Assembly: GCA_963702435.1 (NCBI GenBank)
Contig: CAVPCR010000002.1
Location: 416,001 to 480,000, forward strand
Direction: 5' to 3'
DNA: 64,000 nt
From: Candidatus Eiseniibacteriota bacterium
GTDB lineage: Bacteria > Eisenbacteria > RBG-16-71-46 > CAVPCR01
Position numbers and translations under genes: made by a program. Below, piece by piece: positions 59,513-64,000 of the stretch (its first letter is position 1; every line of letters begins with the position of its first letter). A model generated the notes under the pieces. That model made no database searches. It was given only the letters and a program-made list of their open reading frames with translations, and was not told where the DNA came from.

Positions 59513-61102
59513 CTACAGCCCCACCCGCTCGGTCACATCCTCGGACGTGCCGACGACCTTGAGCCGACGCTCGTTCCGCCGGAGGGTGGGATCGTCGACG
59601 ATGTCCACCTCGAGCCCGTGGCGGCGTTCGATCTGCCCGATGCGCCCGCCGCGCTCCTCCATGAGGAAGACGGCGACCTCCGGGGAAACATGGAGCTCGA
59701 GCCGCTTTTCCGTGAGCTCGCGGCCCGCCCGCTCGAGCATGCGCTCGACCGTCATCCCGACCGACTCGAGCGACAGCACCTTGCCCACGCCGTCGCAGGT
59801 CGGGCAGTCGTCGGAGAAGTAATGGAGGAGGCTCGGCCGGACCCGCTGCCGCGTCATCTCGACGAGTCCGAGATCGGAGACGCCGAAGGTCTTCGTGCGC
59901 GCCCGGTCCTTGCGCAGGCACGTGCGGAGCTCCTCGAGCACCGAGCGCTTGTTCGCCTCGATCTCCATGTCGATGAAGTCGATGACGATGATTCCGCCGA
60001 TGTCCCGGAGCCGGAGCTGGCGGGCGATCTCCTTGGCTGCCTCCAGGTTCGTGCGCAGGATGGTCTCCTCCTGCGACGCCGTCTTCCCGGTGTAGCGGCC
60101 GGTGTTGACGTCGATCGTGACCAGGGCCTCGGTGTGCTCGATCACGATGTATCCGCCCCGCTTGAGCCAGATCTTGCGGTCGAAGGTCTTCTCGATCTCG
60201 GGCTCGATCCCGAAGCGGTCGAAGATGGACGTTTCCTGCTCGTAGTGCTCGACCCGGTTCCGGAGCTCGGGCGCGTACGACTTGAGATAGCCCAGAATCT
60301 CCTTGTGCTCCTTCTTCCCGTCGATGACGACGCGGTCCACCTCCTCGGTGAAGAGGTCGCGGATCAGGCCCGTCGTCAGCTCCATCTCGCGATGGAGGAG
60401 CGCCGGAGCCTTCTCCTTCCGCGACTTCTTCTGCACCTCATCCCACATCTTGGCAAGGAAGCGAACATCGGACCGGAAGTGACGGAGGTCCTTCCCCTCC
60501 CCCACCGTGCGCACGATGATGCCGCCGCCATCGGGCTTCACCTCGGTCAGGAGATCGCGGAGCCGTTGCCGCTCGTCGCGGTCGAGGATCTTCCGCGAGA
60601 TGCCGAGGTGGTCGAGCTGCGGCATGAAGACCAGGTAGCGCCCGGGGAGCGAGATCTGCTGGGAGACCCGCGGCCCCTTGGTCGAGATCGGCTCCTTCGT
60701 GATCTGGACCAGGACCTCCTGGCCCGGCTTCAGATGCTCCTCGATCCGGGGATGGGCATCCGGCCCGCGCCGGGGGAGACGGGGGCGGCGGCCGCGGCGC
60801 TGAGCGCCGCCTGCATTCCCGTTCTCCTCGGTCGCCTCATCGTCGATGTCGAGCCCCTCCATCAACTTGGGGCGCGCGGTGGCGAGGTCGGAGGCGTGGA
60901 GAAAGCCGGTGCGCTCGAGCCCCAGGTCGACGAAAGCGGCCTGCATGCCCGGCAGCACGGCGTTCACCCGCGCCTTGAAGATGTCCCCGACAATGCGTCG
61001 CTTGTCGGGTCGTTCGAACAGCAGTTCTACCAGCTCACCATCTTCGAGTATGGCGATGCGTGTCTCGGCCTGGTCGGCGTTGATAACTATCTCTTTGGAC
61101 AT
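59513..61102 (-). CDS. Rne/Rng family ribonuclease (RNase G-like)
   Basis: S1 domain PGMQAAFVDLG, KEPISTKGP, IDVNTG, RLRDIGGIIVIDFIDM, CPTCDG. Confidence 0.93.
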   Translation of the reverse strand: MSKEIVINADQAETRIAILEDGELVELLFERPDKRRIVGDIFKARVNAVLPGMQAAFVDLGLERTGFLHASDLATARPKLMEGLDIDDEATEENGNAGGAQRRGRRPRLPRRGPDAHPRIEEHLKPGQEVLVQITKEPISTKGPRVSQQISLPGRYLVFMPQLDHLGISRKILDRDERQRLRDLLTEVKPDGGGIIVRTVGEGKDLRHFRSDVRFLAKMWDEVQKKSRKEKAPALLHREMELTTGLIRDLFTEEVDRVVIDGKKEHKEILGYLKSYAPELRNRVEHYEQETSIFDRFGIEPEIEKTFDRKIWLKRGGYIVIEHTEALVTIDVNTGRYTGKTASQEETILRTNLEAAKEIARQLRLRDIGGIIVIDFIDMEIEANKRSVLEELRTCLRKDRARTKTFGVSDLGLVEMTRQRVRPSLLHYFSDDCPTCDGVGKVLSLESVGMTVERMLERAGRELTEKRLELHVSPEVAVFLMEERGGRIGQIERRHGLEVDIVDDPTLRRNERRLKVVGTSEDVTERVGL

Positions 61103-63857
61103 CGGGTCTCCCGTCGCTCGTGGCGAGACCAGCCGCCGATTCGGGGGCGGCCCGCGCCCCCACGAGCTCTTCCCCGGCCACGGCGTCGAGGGGCGTGATC
61201 ACGTGATCGCCCCGCACCTGGTAGAGCCGGCGTCGGACGACGCGCAAGAGCCGGGGGTCGAGCCGGTTCTCTCCCTCGAGATGGGCCACGAGGAACGCGG
61301 CCAGGTCGAGCGGCCGCGCAGCCCCATCGCCCGCGATGCGGAGCGTGAGGTCAAGCTCGGGGGAGGCGTCGTCGCCGGCCGCGAGGGCCAGGCGCCGGAC
61401 ACCGCCCGTGAGCTCCACGGGTCGCTCGCCGTCCGGACCTCGCTGCATGACGAAGGCCCGGTTCTGGGAGAGAAAATGGCGGATGGCCTCGTCGAGCGAG
61501 GCGCGAAGGGATTCATGATCCGGGTCGCCAAGGAGCCGACGCACATGCGGCGGGAAGCCGATGCGATAGTCGGCATGGTCGATCAAGCTCATCAGCGACT
61601 GGACCTTGTTGAGGATGGGGACGGCCTCGAACACGCGAATGCCGTCCGGTAGATGGGCGTTCATGAGATCGACGAACTCGGCCGGACGTTCGTCCACGAG
61701 CTCGACGTCGAAGTACTCGTCCAGACCGACCATGCCCACCGGGAGCGGCGGGCCGAAGGACAGCTTGGGATGGCGGCTGAATCCGGTCGAGTACGCGACC
61801 GCGATGTCGGCGCGCCGGAGCGACCGATCAAGGAGCCGCACGGTATCGAGATGCGAGATGAAACGCACGGGGTTCGTCTTCGCGAAGCGCACCCGGTGGC
61901 GGCGCGAGCTCGGGCGGCCCGCACGCCGGCGGGCCCGGCCGCGGCCGTAGAGGCCCGCGCGCTGCGCGACCTCCTCGGCTCCGGCCTCGGCGGTGACCGC
62001 TGCCGGATCGTCGCCCGCGCCGGCATCGACCCGGGCCTCCCCCCCGACGAGAGGCAGGTCGGCGAAGAGGGCGGCGCCCGCGGGGAGCGGGGCCGCGATC
62101 TCGATCCGGCGGGGCGGCGTCACCTCGCCGCGCCGTGCCGCCTCGCGCTCGGCGGCGAGGTGCGCTTCGCCCTCGCCGAGCGCGAGATGGGACCAGGGAA
62201 GCGGAAGCGACGTATCGCGCGGACCCAGATCCGCGGCGAGGTCGACGCCCACATCCGCGAGCGCCCGCCACCAGAGGACGGGGCGAGCGAGCTCGGACCA
62301 GCTGTCGAGGCGTGCCCCGGCGCGATAGGCGCCGAGGATCACCGCGCCGAGCCGGCGATCGCCGCGGGCGATCAGCGCTTCGAGCTGCGCCGTTTCGGGA
62401 TGCCCCCAGCGGAGCCGGAGCGGGCGCCGGTGGAGGAGCCCGCGCAACCGTTTCACGCGATGGCGCATCTCCTCGAGCGGCAATTGCTCTTCCCACTGAA
62501 AGGGCGTGTGTGCCCGCGGGACGAAGGGATGAATCGTGACCTGCACGGCGAAGCGCATCCCGGGGCGCTGCCCGGCCTGGCGCACGCGCTCGCAGAGATC
62601 GGCGATCGCCGTGAGATCCTCGTCGGTTTCGGTGGGGAGGCCGATGATGAAGTGCAGCTTGACCGAGGGCCAGCCGAGCGCGGCCGCATCCCGCACGGCG
62701 GAGAGCAGCGCCGGCTCGTCGAGCGGCTTCCCGAGCACGCTGCGGAGCCGCTCGCTTCCCGCCTCGGGCGCGAACTCGAGCGCGGTCCGCCGCACGCGCG
62801 AGAGCTCGGCGAGAGCGGCCCGCGTCAGGCGCTCGCCGGATGCCGAGTCGAGCGCCAGCGCTACACCGGTGCCGAAGAGACGGCGGCCGAGCATCTCGAC
62901 ACCCGGAGCGAACTGGCTCCAGTCGGCAGGCATCAGCCCGGCGAGAGAGATCTCCCCCCAGCCGCTCGAGCGCAGGGCGCGAGCGGCCGCATCGAGGCAG
63001 GATACGGGATCGAGCTCGCGGACCGGACCGGCCGTGCGTGCCGGCTGGCAGAATCGGCAGCGGCGGGGACAGCCGCGCTGCACTTCGAGGGCGAGCACAT
63101 CGTCACGCACGTCGAGCAGGGGCTGCAGCGGCGCCGCCGGGAGGGGCATGTCCCTGGTGTAGGCGGCCGCGATCGAGCCGGTCCCCGGGGCGGCGACGCA
63201 GCGGCCGTCCACGCCCGTGACGACCTTGACGAGCGAGGGCACGTAGACCCCGGGCACCGCGGCCAGGCTCTCGAGCAGCTCCGGGCGCGATGCCCGCGCA
63301 CTGCGGCAGCGGCCGACCACGCGCACTAGCTCGTCGAGGCTCGCCTCGGGATCGCCGAGGAGGACCGCGTCGAAGAAATCGGCGAAGGGCTCCGGGTTGG
63401 CGATGGCAGCGCCGATCACGACCGGATCGTCGATCTCGCGCTCGGCGGCGAGGATCGGCACGCGCCCGAGGTCGAGGAGCTCGACGACCCCCGCGGCCAT
63501 GAGCTCGCCGAGGACCGGGATCAGGATGAGATCGAAGGTGTGGAGCGGCCGGCGCGAGGAGAGCGCGAAGAGGGGCAGGGCATGGCGGCGGAGCTCCTCC
63601 TCGAAATCGATCCACGGCAGGAAGGCGAGATCGGCATTGGCCCCGGCGGCCGCAAGCCCTCGGTAGAGAGCGGGGATGGCCGGGCGCATGACGGCAGCCT
63701 CGAGCAGATCCGGCGCCGCCACCACGGTCTCGAGGCGACCCGGTCGCCGGTCGCTGAGACCGAGGATGAGCGGCTGATAGCGCGCCGGCCGGCTCACCAA
63801 GGGGAGGAGCGCGTCCTCGACATCATCCACGCGCATGCCCTGAAGCGCCTCCGGCAT
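61035..63857 (-). CDS. Radical SAM protein fused to DUF2344 (radical SAM-linked) domain
   Basis: RGCPRRCRFC, APEAGSERLR, FIIGLPTET, PRAHTPFQW; C-terminal FISHLD..AYSTGF..PKLSFGPPLPVG; typical position before rne-rplU-rpmA. Confidence 0.85.
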   Translation of the reverse strand: MPEALQGMRVDDVEDALLPLVSRPARYQPLILGLSDRRPGRLETVVAAPDLLEAAVMRPAIPALYRGLAAAGANADLAFLPWIDFEEELRRHALPLFALSSRRPLHTFDLILIPVLGELMAAGVVELLDLGRVPILAAEREIDDPVVIGAAIANPEPFADFFDAVLLGDPEASLDELVRVVGRCRSARASRPELLESLAAVPGVYVPSLVKVVTGVDGRCVAAPGTGSIAAAYTRDMPLPAAPLQPLLDVRDDVLALEVQRGCPRRCRFCQPARTAGPVRELDPVSCLDAAARALRSSGWGEISLAGLMPADWSQFAPGVEMLGRRLFGTGVALALDSASGERLTRAALAELSRVRRTALEFAPEAGSERLRSVLGKPLDEPALLSAVRDAAALGWPSVKLHFIIGLPTETDEDLTAIADLCERVRQAGQRPGMRFAVQVTIHPFVPRAHTPFQWEEQLPLEEMRHRVKRLRGLLHRRPLRLRWGHPETAQLEALIARGDRRLGAVILGAYRAGARLDSWSELARPVLWWRALADVGVDLAADLGPRDTSLPLPWSHLALGEGEAHLAAEREAARRGEVTPPRRIEIAAPLPAGAALFADLPLVGGEARVDAGAGDDPAAVTAEAGAEEVAQRAGLYGRGRARRRAGRPSSRRHRVRFAKTNPVRFISHLDTVRLLDRSLRRADIAVAYSTGFSRHPKLSFGPPLPVGMVGLDEYFDVELVDERPAEFVDLMNAHLPDGIRVFEAVPILNKVQSLMSLIDHADYRIGFPPHVRRLLGDPDHESLRASLDEAIRHFLSQNRAFVMQRGPDGERPVELTGGVRRLALAAGDDASPELDLTLRIAGDGAARPLDLAAFLVAHLEGENRLDPRLLRVVRRRLYQVRGDHVITPLDAVAGEELVGARAAPESAAGLATSDGRPDVQRDSYQRRPGRDTHRHTRRW

Positions 63858-63920
63858 GACCCTCCCTGCGCCCGCGTCTGAGCTGAGCCGATTACCCAAG
63901 TCAACACCCTTAAACGGCTT

Positions 63921-63949
63921 AAGCTAGCATCAGGAAATGCGGGTGACAA
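63921..63949 (-). promoter_or_regulatory. Putative sigma70 promoter for the radical SAM-rne operon
   Basis: TTGTCA-N17-TAGCTT on minus strand. Confidence 0.55.
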
Positions 63950-64000
63950 CCGGGAAAGCGGCCGCCTGGGCTGCTGCCCGGCCGGTGAGGGGGACGCTGC

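Overview
Very GC-rich diderm bacterial chromosome segment, mostly core genes on the minus strand. The gene content (GWxTD protein, PorV/PorQ-type barrel, T9SS-like C-terminal domains, HprK plus mannose-family PTS after rpoN) suggests an FCB-group candidate lineage such as Eisenbacteria/Latescibacteria relatives (inference). From left to right: edge of a surface-glycan locus (GT2, methyltransferase, GDP-mannose-epimerase-like); tRNA-Leu(GAG)-secG-tpiA-pgk; a ~13.5 kb uncharacterised envelope cluster (GWxTD protein, PorV-like barrel, large Cys-rich secreted protein with a sorting-like C-terminus, TonB-dependent receptor, two further beta-barrels, a lipoprotein, an EB_dh-type heme lipoprotein); corA, mscS, a GT-C/TPR-like membrane protein; then a long housekeeping run (phosphomutase, prfB with programmed frameshift, coaE, nadD, bamD, rimO, ftsK, ahcY, metK, NTP transferase, PGI/PMI, full PTS, hprK, hpf, rpoN, lptB, lptC, lipid A acyltransferase, kdsD/C/A, pyrG, kdsB, rpmA/rplU); finally an FG-GAP protein, DoxX, RNase E/G and a radical SAM-DUF2344 fusion. 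The best candidate for an undescribed system is the 6.6-20.2 kb envelope cluster. rpoN and lptB carry five homopolymer-type frameshifts, probably sequencing errors. A strong sigma54 site precedes the operon containing rpoN. No CRISPR, rRNA or mobile element was seen. All functional calls come from motif recognition by eye; no searches were run.
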